From an uncultured Acidobacteriota bacterium (GTDB taxonomy: Bacteria > Acidobacteriota > Vicinamibacteria > Vicinamibacterales > SCN-69-37): a stretch of DNA of 64,000 nt. This document shows positions 30,691-41,503 of the stretch, piece after piece. The position numbers and the translations under genes were made by a program. Each line of letters opens with the position of its first letter. Position 1 is the first letter of the stretch. Location: positions 543-64,542 of the forward strand of contig CAWBZK010000005.1 in assembly GCA_963793255.1 (NCBI GenBank). Reading direction: 5' to 3'. Below the pieces are notes generated by a model. It ran no database searches. It was not told the origin of the DNA and saw only the letters and a list, made by a program, of their open reading frames with translations.

Positions 30691-30786
30691 GTCGCCACTC
30701 TAGCACCGCCGGTCGCCGCTCCCCGTGCATGTCCACGCACCGCGTCAGGTATCGGCGCACTGAATCCGTAGTCTGTGTAAGTGATC

Positions 30787-30830
30787 AGCGAAAGGGCCTC
30801 GCGTCGTCGCAGACGCGAGGCCCTTTCGCT
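30787..30830. terminator. GC-rich hairpin downstream of the DUF1080 gene
   Basis: AGCGAAAGGGCCTCGCGTC (30787-30805) and GACGCGAGGCCCTTTCGCT (30812-30830) form a perfect 19-bp stem with a 6-nt loop. A T/A run flanks the stem (TTTTGG on the plus strand). Confidence 0.65.
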
Positions 30831-30867
30831 TTTGGAGGCGATCGCTCGCCCGGGGCGCCGGTGTTTC

Positions 30868-31758
30868 TTAGAGCGTGCGGATCCGGAGATTCCGGTACTG
30901 CACCTTCCCGACAAAGCCACCGGCTTCGCCGAACGGCTGGAGCGAGATCGGCGCCGGTGCGGCCCAGCTCTCTTCGCCCGCCATCAGCTTGTCCGTGACG
31001 TCCGTGATCTGCTTGTCGTTCAGCCAGATCTGGAGACGGTCGCCCTTGAACATGACGCGCAGGTGGTTCCAGTCGTTCTTGTGGCGGATCTCGGGGAACT
31101 GGCTGCAGTCCTGGAGGTACGTGCGGTTCTTGCCGCCGCAATCACCGGTCGAGAGCCAATCGACGTTGCCGCGGATGGACTCGCCCGGGATCACGCGGTG
31201 CATGACGACGCCGACGTACTCACCGGCTTCGCGGCGTCCGAGGTTCAGCTGGTAGCCGCTGCGAAAGTAGATGCCGCTGTTGGCGAGACACGACGCGTCC
31301 TTGCTCAGGTTCTGTTCCTGCGCCATCTGACCTGACCGCGCGTTGACTTTCTCACCCAGCTTCGCCGTGCAGTCCGCGTCGGGTGCTTCGTCGAGCTTGT
31401 AGTCGAGCTCGAGCTCGAAGTCGTGGAACTTGGCCTCCGTCGACAACGTGCCGCCGCGCCCACCGCCAGGAATCGGCGCGTTCGTGACGATGTTGTTGGC
31501 GATGCTCCAGCCGCGATCGGTGGGATTGGTCGAGAGCGGTGCCGCTGGCGCGGCGGGCGCTGGCGCTGCCGCAGCGGCACCACCCCCACGCGGGCCGGCG
31601 CCGGCCGCCCGGGCCGCGCTCCCAAAGCCGTTGGCTTGACCACCGCCGATCGTCCAGCCGGTAAAATCCTTGCCGTTGAAGAGTGGCGTCCAGGCGCCCT
31701 GCGCGAGCAAGGGTGTGGCCACTGCCGAAACCAGACAGGCAAATAACAGCCGTTTCAT
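30868..31758 (-). CDS. DUF1080 (3-keto-disaccharide hydrolase family) domain protein
   Basis: Uninterrupted 296 aa from MKRLLFACLVSAVATPLLAQG. Family signatures: WTPLFNGKDFTGW, NSGIYFR, WNHLRVMFKGDRLQIWLND, GKVQYRNLRI. It contains the low-complexity insert GFGSAARAAGAGPRGGGAAAAAPAPAAPAAP. Confidence 0.75.
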   Translation of the reverse strand: MKRLLFACLVSAVATPLLAQGAWTPLFNGKDFTGWTIGGGQANGFGSAARAAGAGPRGGGAAAAAPAPAAPAAPLSTNPTDRGWSIANNIVTNAPIPGGGRGGTLSTEAKFHDFELELDYKLDEAPDADCTAKLGEKVNARSGQMAQEQNLSKDASCLANSGIYFRSGYQLNLGRREAGEYVGVVMHRVIPGESIRGNVDWLSTGDCGGKNRTYLQDCSQFPEIRHKNDWNHLRVMFKGDRLQIWLNDKQITDVTDKLMAGEESWAAPAPISLQPFGEAGGFVGKVQYRNLRIRTL

Positions 31759-31771
31759 GTGGATACCTCGA

Positions 31772-32491
31772 ATGAAGATGATGCGGACGCGGAATTTTAC
31801 AGCAGTGCTCGCCTTTGTGGGTGTGTCGATCGCGCTGGCCCAGGCGCCTGAGCCGATCCTCTGGACATTCGACCGGCTCGACACCATCGGCGGGTTCAAG
31901 ACGACGGTCGAAGGCGCGCCGAGGGTCATCGACACGCCAGTGGGCAGAGCCCTCGAGTTCGATGGCGTGGATGACGCCGTCTGGATCGAGAAGCACCCGC
32001 TCGCCGGCGCCGCCACGTTCACCTTCGAAGCGATCTTCCGACCCGATGGCGGCGCGTTCGAGCAGCGCTGGTTCCACCTGGCCGAGCGAGACCCCAAGAC
32101 CGGGCTCCTGGCCTCTGCGGATCATCCGACGACCGGCCAAGACGCCAATTCGCGATTTCTGTTCGAGCTGCGCATTGTCGGGGACCAGTGGTATCTCGAC
32201 GCGTTCGTCAACGGGCCAGGCTACAACCAGGCGCTGATGTTCAAGGACAAGCTGCACCCGGTCGGGCAGTGGTATCACGTGGCCCAGACCTACGACGGCA
32301 AGACGTTCAAGAGCTACGTGAACGGCGTGCTGCAGGGACAGGCGGAGATTCGGTTCACGCCGCAGGGCGAGGGTGCCGCGTCGCTCGGCGCGCGCATCAA
32401 TCGCCGCAACTACTTCAAGGGCGCGATTCGGCTGGCGCGCTTCACGACGCGCGCGCTCACGCCCGATCAGTTTCTGACGCTTCGCAACTAG
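31772..32491 (+). CDS. LamG/concanavalin-A-like lectin-fold secreted protein
   Basis: Uninterrupted. Signal peptide MKMMRTRNFTAVLAFVGVSIALAQA. The pattern ALEFDGVDDAVWI…TFEAIFRPD…WYHVAQTYDGKTFKSYVNGVL…FKGAIRLARF is typical of Laminin_G_3-like domains. The start codon choice (31757/31772/31778) is uncertain. Confidence 0.6.
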   Translation: MKMMRTRNFTAVLAFVGVSIALAQAPEPILWTFDRLDTIGGFKTTVEGAPRVIDTPVGRALEFDGVDDAVWIEKHPLAGAATFTFEAIFRPDGGAFEQRWFHLAERDPKTGLLASADHPTTGQDANSRFLFELRIVGDQWYLDAFVNGPGYNQALMFKDKLHPVGQWYHVAQTYDGKTFKSYVNGVLQGQAEIRFTPQGEGAASLGARINRRNYFKGAIRLARFTTRALTPDQFLTLRN

Positions 32492-32598
32492 CCGAGAGAC
32501 GCCGACTTCGATCGTGAAGGCCTGAACCAACCGACCACGAAGACACGAAGGCGGATCCCGAAAGCCAGGGCTTCGTGACTTCGTGGTGAGTTCTGTAT

Positions 32599-33957
32599 CT
32601 ATTGTGGCGCCTTGCGCGCCGCGCGCTGCCTGTCGATGGACGCTCGCAGCGTGGGCAGGTATTTCAGCGCGTTCTCGAAGTAGATCTTGCGCAGCACCTC
32701 ATCCGGCAGCGACACGCCGGAGATGTTCCAGCGTCCATGGGCCGGCGAGCCGCCCGGCAGGCGAATCTGCGCGGGGTGCTCGAAGTACTCGTCGAAGGTC
32801 TCGAGATACCGGAAGTGCGGAATCCAGAACGTGTCGGGGTTGCTGCCTCCGTTGCCGTCCGTTCCGAACACCACGCGATCCTGGTACTTGATCAGGAAGT
32901 CGCGCCAGAGGCGCGGCGCGCGCCCGAGATCCTGCACCGTGGCCGAAATGTCCACCTGCGCGTTCGGAAACGTGTCCAGGAATTTCGCGACCTTCGCCGG
33001 GTCGTAGTACAGCATCGCCAGGTGGGCGTTCACGAAGGTCGTCTTCGGATGCTTGCGATGCATGTTCTCGCGCGCTCGCTCGATCACCTCGTTGGACGGC
33101 CCGCTCGCGTAGAGATTGCCCGACGTATCCCCCCGCTGGTGCCACAGTCCAGCCTCATACCGCTCATTCTTCGGACTGATCGGGTAGAAGCGGCCGATCG
33201 AGTCGCTCAAGTGAATCAGCACGGGCTTCTGGTACTTCGCGGCCATGGCCCAGATCGGATCGAGACGCGGATCGTCGGCCTGGATGTAGCTGCCATCCGG
33301 GTTCCGGAGCTCCTGGCCGAGCTGTTTGGACACCTTCATGCCCATCGCGCCAGCCTTGAAGCCGCGCTCCATCAGGGCCGCGAAGCGCTCGGACCATCCA
33401 GGCTCATTGATGCCCACGCCATTGAACGTCACGAAGTTTGCGACGCGATCCCGGTAGGGCTCGCCGGCCTTCAGCACGGCATCGAGCTCGTCGCCAGTGC
33501 CGCCGTTCAGGTTCACGACAGCGCCAACGCCAACGCTATCGAGGGCTTTGACGACGGCGTCGTACTGTTCGCGAGTGCGCAGCGAGCCGGTGTGGTTGTG
33601 AAAGTCGATCGCGGGGTACTTCGCGCGCGTGATGTTGGTACGCGGCAGCCGGAGCAGCGTGGCCGGCATCCAGGGCACTTCGTTGCCGTCCGGCTGCCAG
33701 CCGGGCGGCGGCCGCAGCGCGTCCATCGCCGGCATTTCAGGAATCCACGTGTCGCCTTCCTTGACGCCGGCGGGCGCCCGCAGGATCGCCCACGATGGAA
33801 TCTCCGCGCCTCGACCGCGGCCACGGCCCGCGGCCTGATCACCTGCTCCGCCAGCGCGACCTCCTGAGGCCGGTGGCGCCTGCGCGCCGTAGGTCCCGAT
33901 CGAGAGCGCCAAGAGCCCAGCGACGACTAGAGACGTGTAGAGCGATGACAGGCGCAT
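32599..33957 (-). CDS. secreted amidohydrolase-family (Amidohydro_2-like TIM barrel) protein
   Basis: Uninterrupted. Signal peptide MRLSSLYTSLVVAGLLALSIGTYGAQA, then a Gly/Arg-rich stretch. The barrel carries IDFHNHTG, VLIHLSD and VFGTDGNG motifs. Confidence 0.65.
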   Translation of the reverse strand: MRLSSLYTSLVVAGLLALSIGTYGAQAPPASGGRAGGAGDQAAGRGRGRGAEIPSWAILRAPAGVKEGDTWIPEMPAMDALRPPPGWQPDGNEVPWMPATLLRLPRTNITRAKYPAIDFHNHTGSLRTREQYDAVVKALDSVGVGAVVNLNGGTGDELDAVLKAGEPYRDRVANFVTFNGVGINEPGWSERFAALMERGFKAGAMGMKVSKQLGQELRNPDGSYIQADDPRLDPIWAMAAKYQKPVLIHLSDSIGRFYPISPKNERYEAGLWHQRGDTSGNLYASGPSNEVIERARENMHRKHPKTTFVNAHLAMLYYDPAKVAKFLDTFPNAQVDISATVQDLGRAPRLWRDFLIKYQDRVVFGTDGNGGSNPDTFWIPHFRYLETFDEYFEHPAQIRLPGGSPAHGRWNISGVSLPDEVLRKIYFENALKYLPTLRASIDRQRAARKAPQ

Positions 33958-34106
33958 GGCGCTCCTTGATTTAGAGGAAAGCGGACGCATTCTGTCATGA
34001 ACCATGAAGACATGAAGCGCGTCCCGTTCGCTGAAACGTCATGGCATCGAGGGGGCCATCGTGGCGCCAGCCGGCCGCTAGGTCGCAACGCTTTACACTC
34101 TGCGGC

Positions 34107-34882
34107 ATGGATCTCGGTCTCTCAGGAAAAGTCGCGATCGTCACCGGCGCGAGTCGAGGCCTCGGGCGGGCGATCGCGCAGACGCTCTCGTCCGAAGGCA
34201 TGAAGATCTCGGCTCGCCGCGCGTTCGAAGGATCAGCTCGACGATCTCGCGACCTCGCTCGGAACTGACTGTCTGGTTCACGCGGTCGATCTGCGCACGG
34301 CGGACGCCGCCGAGGCGGTCGTAGAGGCGACGGTCGGGAAGTTCGGCAGGATCGATCTGCTGGTCAACAATGCGGGCGCCACCAAGCGCGGTGACTTCTT
34401 CCAGCTGACCGACGCCGACTGGGAAGACGGGTTCGCGCTGAAGTTCTTTGGCGCGATGCGCCTCTCGCGCGCCGCCTGGACGCACCTTGCGGCGAGCCAC
34501 GGCAGCATCGTCAACATCATCGGCATCGGCGGGCGCACGGGTAGTGCCGAGTTCGCCATCGGCGGCAGCGTCAACGCAGCGTGCCAGCTGCTCACGAAAG
34601 CGCTCGCCGATCGGGGCGTCAAGGACGGAGTGCGCGTCAACGCGATCAACCCCGGGTCGATCAAAACAGGCCGCCTTGCGGCGCGCCTGAAGAGCTTCGC
34701 CGCCGAGCACAACATCGATCCCTCAGAGGCCGAGGCGGCCGATGGCGAAGGCGAGCGGGGTCTCGCGCTTCGGTGAGCCGTCAGAGATCGCCGCCGCCGT
34801 GGCGTTCCTGGCGTCGCCGGCCTGCGCGTTCTGTCACGCCGCGCTGCTCGACATCGACGGTGGACAGACGAAGACGCTGTGA
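34107..34882 (+). CDS. short-chain dehydrogenase/reductase (SDR), frameshifted
   Basis: Motifs: GKVAIVTGASRGLGRAIA, LVNNAG, and ...SVNAACQLLTKALA... where the catalytic YxxxK is expected (no Tyr readable here, possibly a frame or sequence error). C-terminus FGEPSEIAAAVAFLASPA…DGGQTKTL-stop. Two or three frame changes (about 34210, 34760). Confidence 0.8.
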
Positions 34883-34998
34883 TGCTCCGGCCCTATTGCT
34901 CGTCACTCACTTTTCCTCCAGTCGACCGTCTGCCGTTGAGCCGCTCTTGAATGGCGGTGTTCGTCATGGCGGTCGTCGCGGACGCACCGTGCCAAGTG

Positions 34999-36073
<1,075 letters not shown>

Positions 36074-36189
36074 TCAGCGCTCGCGCTGTACGCGCTCGGC
36101 TTCGGGCTGCCAAGAAGAACAGCGTAGCGTCCTGCCTTCCGGCTGAGTAGACGGCAAAATCGACAAAGGTTTGTGAGTACCATTCATGA

Positions 36190-37075
36190 ATGGTCCGAGA
36201 CGAGCTCAGCGTCCTGTCGGCGTTCCTCGCGGTGGCCGAGGACCGTAGCTTCACGAAGGCGGCCAAACGGACTGGGCGTCTCCCCTTCGGCGTTGAGCCA
36301 CGCGATTCGCGGACTGGAAGAGCGGATTGGCGTGCGCCTGCTCGCGCGAACGACGCGGAGCGTCGCGCCGACCGAGGCAGGCGAACAGTTCATCGCGCGT
36401 CTCGGGCCCGCGCTCGCCGACGTTCGTGGCGCGCTGGACGAGGTGTCCGGCCTGCGTGACAAGCCGGCCGGACGCGTGCGGTTACTGCTGCCGCGGACGG
36501 CGGCGAGGACCGTGCTCGCGCCGAAGCTGGGACAATTTGCGCGCAACTACCCGGACATCGTGCTCGACGTCACGACCGACAACAGCCGTCTCGACCTCGT
36601 CGCGTCGGGCTTCGACGCGGGCATTCAGCTTGGGGAGTTCATCGAACAGGACATGGTCGCGGTTCGAGTCTCGCCCGACCACCGAGCCGCCATCGTGGGT
36701 TCGCCGCGCTATTTCGAGTCGCATCCGAGGCCGAAGTCGCCACGCGACCTGCCGGGCCATCGATGCATCAACTTTCGACATGGAGCCGAGGGCGTGTATC
36801 GCTGGGAGTTCGACAAGGGCCGCCAGTCCCTCGTCGTCGCCGTGACGGGGCCACTGATCGTCGACGACGCGGAGATCATGGTGGGCGCGGCGATCGATGG
36901 AGTGGGTCTGGCGTTTACGGCGGAGGAACACGCAGCGGAGCACCTGGCGAGCGGCGCACTCGTGCGCGTGCTGGACGACTGGTGTCCGCCGTTCGCGGGG
37001 TACTTTCTCTACTACCCAAGTCGCCGGCAGCAGCCAGCCGCGCTCTCGGCCCTCATCGAGACCCTGCGTCTGTAG
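36190..37075 (+). CDS. LysR-family transcriptional regulator, one frameshift
   Basis: The HTH region reads LSVLSAFLAVAEDRSFTKAAKR / LGVSPSALSHAIRGLEERIGVRLL. The frame is restored by deleting the A at 36271. A LysR substrate-binding domain follows. The gene is divergent from the aldo/keto reductase. Confidence 0.85.
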
Positions 37076-38466
37076 CCTGATCGAACTCCATCGGACGTGT
37101 GACGACCTGACCCTGCGGATCGCGGCGGACGATATCCGACAGAGAACCTCGATCGCCGGTCGACTCCCCGATCGCACGGACCATCATGCGATGCTCTTCG
37201 ATTCTGACCAGCAGAAAGTGGCACTCGGAGCTCCACGATTGAGTGTGCGCGTCCTCGAATCGATCGGGCGCTCCAGCACGCGCTCGGCCTGCGGCACCGG
37301 TGACGAAGTACTCGATGCCGCCGACGCTCGAGTGTTGAAAATTGTGTTCGTGCCCGCTGAACATGGCTCGCACGCCGGCGCGCTGAAGGAGCGGCAGCAG
37401 CGTCTCCATCAGGCGCGTGTTGTGATGTCTCGGTCCTGCGCTGAAGGGCGGATGGTGCGCGAATGGAATGCACCACCTCGGCGAGGTCCGCCCCGGAGAA
37501 AATGCCGCTTCGACGAACGCCAGGTGCTTCGGGAGCAGAAAGAGCCTCCCGCCTTTGAAGAACGCCTCTTTCGACGTGTCGATACACACGAACTCGATAT
37601 CCGATCCGTAGTGAAACCGGTAGAACAACCCCGGGCCGAAGGAGGCGCGGCCCGCAGCCTCTTCTCCCGCGAGACGTTCGCACAGGTAGAAGTTGTCTTC
37701 GACCTGAGCGCGGTCGTCGCACGCCTCCGACTCATCCGCGTCGTGATTGCCAATCGACGGGTAGACCGGCAGACGATTGATGATGTAGCGGTACGGCTGG
37801 AAGTACGTGAAGAACCAGTCGTCGTCTTCGTCCCCAGTCGAGCCGATAGGAATACCGAGGAGTCTTTTCGCGGCGTAGATGTTGTCGCCCGTCGTGAGGA
37901 TGAGGCGAACGCCTTCCCGATCGACCGCCTCGCGGAGGGCATCCGCGACCTGTTGCTGACGGCGTGTGTCCGACACGTTCTTCACGCCCACGCCGAAGTC
38001 GCCGATCACCGCGAACGTCAGAGACGATGGCGTCAAAGGATTCGGGTGGGTGTGAAACCGGTTGTCGTACCGGCCACCTGCCTGCACGAGCGCCTTGTCA
38101 GTGGCGGACCAATCCCAGCGCTGCCCTTCGGCCCACTCCTGACCTTTGACGAACACCTTGTACGTGTAGTCGGTATCGGGCTGCAGGCCTGTGACCCAGC
38201 AATGATTCGTGACTTCGGTGTTGGCGCTGGCCACGACGTTCCCGCCCTCGTCAGAGACCTCAACGCGTGCGGGTCCGTAACGGAGCCGAGCGTGCGCCGA
38301 TTGAGTCCTTGCGCGGCGGATGCACGTACTTCAGATCGTCGTCGTCCACGAGCTTCGATGCGCCGCGGCTGGTGACGCGAAAATAGAAGGCGCCCCACGC
38401 GATCAGCGCCGCCTTGTGCGTCACCGCTGGCAGATAGATGAACGGTTCGGCGTGAAACTCAGGCAT
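37053..38466 (-). CDS. calcineurin-like metallophosphoesterase (purple-acid-phosphatase-like), one frameshift
   Basis: The N-terminus has an FN3-like region (PAVTHKAALIAWG). Metallophosphoesterase motifs: IGDFG, GDNIY, GNHD, GHEHNF. Frame change near 38250. The ATG at 38466 overlaps the PAP2 stop by 8 nt, and the 3' end overlaps the LysR gene by 23 nt. Confidence 0.7.
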
Positions 38467-39473
38467 CGATCAAGGACCGCGTCGTCATGTGGTGAAGCGC
38501 CCAGATCGGAACCAACAGCATCGCGGCAGCAGGCACAGCGCTCGCCGCGAGTCGTCCGCCTCGCGAGTCGAGTACGCCGGCATGGTCGAGTCCGAAGGTC
38601 ACGATCATCCAGGCCGCGGCGAAACCCGCCGCGGCGAAGAGCACAAGAAGCGCACGCGCACGCCAGGCGTCTGGAAGATCGACCAGGTCGTGCTGCGCCA
38701 CGACCATCGCGGCACAGGCAATTCCCAGCAACCGTCCGGAATCGGCCACGTCGGGGTACCCAGTGAGCAGCGCGATCACGGCAAGCGCCGTGGCGACCAG
38801 CACGCTCGGCCACGTTGCGCGTGCGTCCGCGTCGGTCGTGGGAGGGCCGGCCAGCTCGCGGAGGCGCAGCAACGCGATCGCGAGGACGGTCGTGACCGCG
38901 GCGACCACGAGTCCGCCGATCACATCCCCGATGAAGTGCCGGCCCAGATACAGCCGCGACAGACCCATGAGCGGCAGCCATACCAGCAGGCCCTCCCCAC
39001 GCCGCCCTCCATCCGAACAACACGAGCATCCCGAGCAGCAGCGCCGCCGTTGTGCTGACGTGACCGGACGGAAAGCCGAACCCCCCGTCACTGTCCACGT
39101 CGTCGTCTGCCGCGTCCGGGTCGAGGGCTGCCGGCGGCGTGATCGCCCGCGGCGAATCCCACCACCCAGTCGCCGCATTCCCCCGCCATCGCGTCCGCGG
39201 TGGCGCGTGCGAACCGAGAAGCAGCACACGGCTATCTACCGCGTACGGCCTTGGCGACGACGTCACGCGTTTCGCTACGTCGGTCGCGAGGCTGTTGAGT
39301 CCAATCAGGATCAGCACGGCCAGGGCCGGCCGTAGCCGATACACGAACGCGATGAGCGTCACGAGCGCGATGGCCGCCCTCGTGTAGCCGAAGAGCGAGA
39401 CGTAGTCCATGGCGAGCGTGAGTCCAGGTGACGCCCGCGACTGGAGCCACAGGATCGGCTCTATCAAGAACAT
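38459..39473 (-). CDS. PAP2-family membrane phosphatase, frameshifted
   Basis: PAP2 motifs are split over two frames: KRVTSSPRP … FPSGHVSTTAALLLG / SRLYLGRHFIGDVIGG. Multiple TM helices. The ATG at 39473 overlaps the upstream stop by 1 nt (TGATG). Confidence 0.7.
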
Positions 39474-40552
39474 CAGGCACACCGCCGGCCGGCGATCTCG
39501 TCGCGTTTCTGTTTGAACACGCGCACCCAGTCGTCGATGCCGGGCCGTGCCAGCGCCGGCGACGCACCCGCCGGCCCCCGGAGGTCGAACCGGCTGACTT
39601 CGAACACGTCCCGTATCTGTCGATCGGAGAGGCGTGCGAGAAGCCCGGCAAGGAACTGCCGCCCTTCCTCGCTGATTTGAGGGTTACCCAGCGTGCCGGT
39701 AAACGAGCGCGACAGGTTGCCGACGCAACCGTGGGCGTCTTTCCACACTGGCGCGTCCGACCACGCCTGAAAGTTCGCGCCGCCGAGGGCATTGTCATTG
39801 AGAAAATTGGCGACGCCAAACGTGAGGCCCACGTCATTGAGCATCAGAAACGGACGGCGGCACCGCGCGGGGTGTTTTGATTGCGGCTCGTCGATGCACA
39901 GCAAACGCTGTTGCTCGGGTTTGTTGTCGGTGTGCTGAAGGAAGACGGCGATCAGTTTGAGTGCGTCGATCTCGCGGCGCGAGGCGCCGCCTGCCCGCGT
40001 GTCGAGCGCGTCGATCTCCGCCCACGACCATCCCGGATCGTCGTCGAACTGGGCGCCCGCCATCTCGCGCTCGATGACTGCCGGATCGAACACGGTGGTG
40101 TTCGAGCCCGACGGTTTTCCACCGAACCGCGCGGGACAGCCCCGGCACCGGACACGAACCGGGTACATGCGGTCGGCGCCGAAGCCGAGCGCCCACAAGA
40201 GCCGCGTGGCGGCTACCTCGCCATACACCTCGCCATTCGACTTGCCCACCTTGACCTTCACGACGTCTTCCCTGCCAACATCACACGCGAACTTCAGCGA
40301 GTGGCCGCCCAGCGGCTTGTCGACGTGGTCACAGTCGACGGTCGCCAGAAAGCGGAATCCGCCTTGGCCTGGCGGGCCTTCCCGGATGTCCATTTGTTCG
40401 ATGGCCGTCGGGCGCCAGACTTTTGCGCGGAGGAGGGCTTCGCTACGTTCCGGTACCGCCCGTGAAGGCAGGTCCGAGTCTGGGCGAGGCTCGGCGCACG
40501 AGCACGCGAGCGAAATCGCCACGGCCGCGGCAGAGACCGAGAGGTGTCTCAC
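39473..40552 (-). CDS. exported hypothetical protein with protein-kinase-like motifs
   Basis: Uninterrupted 359 aa with N-terminal signal MRHLSVSAAAVAISLACSCA. Kinase-reminiscent motifs: VVKVKVG (beta3 Lys), GEVAATRLLWALGF (alphaC Glu), FLQHTDNKPEQ (HxDxKxxN-like loop) and MLNDVGLTFG (DFG-like). The function is inferred only. Confidence 0.55.
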   Translation of the reverse strand: MRHLSVSAAAVAISLACSCAEPRPDSDLPSRAVPERSEALLRAKVWRPTAIEQMDIREGPPGQGGFRFLATVDCDHVDKPLGGHSLKFACDVGREDVVKVKVGKSNGEVYGEVAATRLLWALGFGADRMYPVRVRCRGCPARFGGKPSGSNTTVFDPAVIEREMAGAQFDDDPGWSWAEIDALDTRAGGASRREIDALKLIAVFLQHTDNKPEQQRLLCIDEPQSKHPARCRRPFLMLNDVGLTFGVANFLNDNALGGANFQAWSDAPVWKDAHGCVGNLSRSFTGTLGNPQISEEGRQFLAGLLARLSDRQIRDVFEVSRFDLRGPAGASPALARPGIDDWVRVFKQKRDEIAGRRCA

Positions 40553-40600
40553 TGCCGCAGTCGGTGCAAATACTCTTCCATCAGCGTCCGCAGGACGCGT

Positions 40601-41200
40601 CTACCGGTTTGAGGACGCTTTCCGCTTGGGCTGGTTCTTCGAGCCAGATGCGACGGCGATCGGTTCCTCGTCGTCTTCCTCTTCTTCTCCGTCGTCGTCG
40701 CCATTCGCGGCGTCGGCCGCTTCCTGGTTCAGTCCACCTTCAGCAAGCTGCGACAGCTTCTGGTCCGCGGCCTTCTCCTCGTCCAGATTCTTCTGAAGCA
40801 GCTTCGCGGCGTCGTCGTGCCCCATGACGCGGGCCCACGCGACGAGCGTGCCGTAGGCGGCCATTTCGTAGTGTTCGGCCCGTTGACCGGCGGCGATCAG
40901 ACAGGCATCCATCGCCATATCGTCGAAGTCTTCCTCCATCACCGACTTGCCCTCCTCGATGATCCCGGCAATACCGTCGCAGTGCTTGCCTTTCACCTTC
41001 TCGTCGAGGCTCTCGAAGACCTTCTCGAGGCGCTCGATTTGTCCTTCGGTCTCGACCAGGTGGGACTCGAAGGCCTGGCGGAGTGGTGGCGCGGTCGCCG
41101 CTTTCGCGAGTTTGCTGAGGGCCTTGGTCAACTGCTTCTCGGCATCGTACGCGTCCCGGAGTTCGTCGATGAATGCGTCGTGGAGTGTGTGTTCAGCCAT
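40601..41200 (-). CDS. ferritin-like DUF892 (YciE/YciF family) stress protein with acidic C-terminal tail
   Basis: Uninterrupted 199 aa from MAEHTLHDAFIDELRDAYDAEKQLTKALSKLAK… The motif …EHYEMAAYGTLVAWA… is typical of DUF892. The tail reads GDDDGEEEEDDEEP. Confidence 0.8.
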   Translation of the reverse strand: MAEHTLHDAFIDELRDAYDAEKQLTKALSKLAKAATAPPLRQAFESHLVETEGQIERLEKVFESLDEKVKGKHCDGIAGIIEEGKSVMEEDFDDMAMDACLIAAGQRAEHYEMAAYGTLVAWARVMGHDDAAKLLQKNLDEEKAADQKLSQLAEGGLNQEAADAANGDDDGEEEEDDEEPIAVASGSKNQPKRKASSNR

Positions 41201-41503
41201 GTGGTTTTCCTTGAACTGAGAAGAACGGTAAAGAAGGGTTGTGGTTAGAGCGGGTGTTCGGGCGGTTGTAGAGCAACTCTCGTGCCGCCCGGGTAGGAAT
41301 TCTCGCAAGGTGAATGGAATCCGATGTCCGGATCACCGCGAATTTGTGAGGCTGAAGCTGATACCTGTGTAGGAAGCTGCGTGCTCTATCTGAGCACTCG
41401 CATTTTGTGAAGCGCCCGACTGCGGCATGGGCGGCGAGGCTGAGCGTCCGGGTGGTTTCCAGCCGTCTGCGATTCCACGTGACGGCACGCGAGATGCATC
41501 GCG

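Noticed and set aside
41201-41503. 300-bp lower-GC intergenic region upstream of the DUF892 gene, with a small hairpin (GTGCTCTATCTGAGCAC). Considered as an sRNA or riboswitch.
   Set aside because: I recognised no conserved riboswitch motif and no terminator-like end. It is most simply divergent promoter/5'-UTR sequence.
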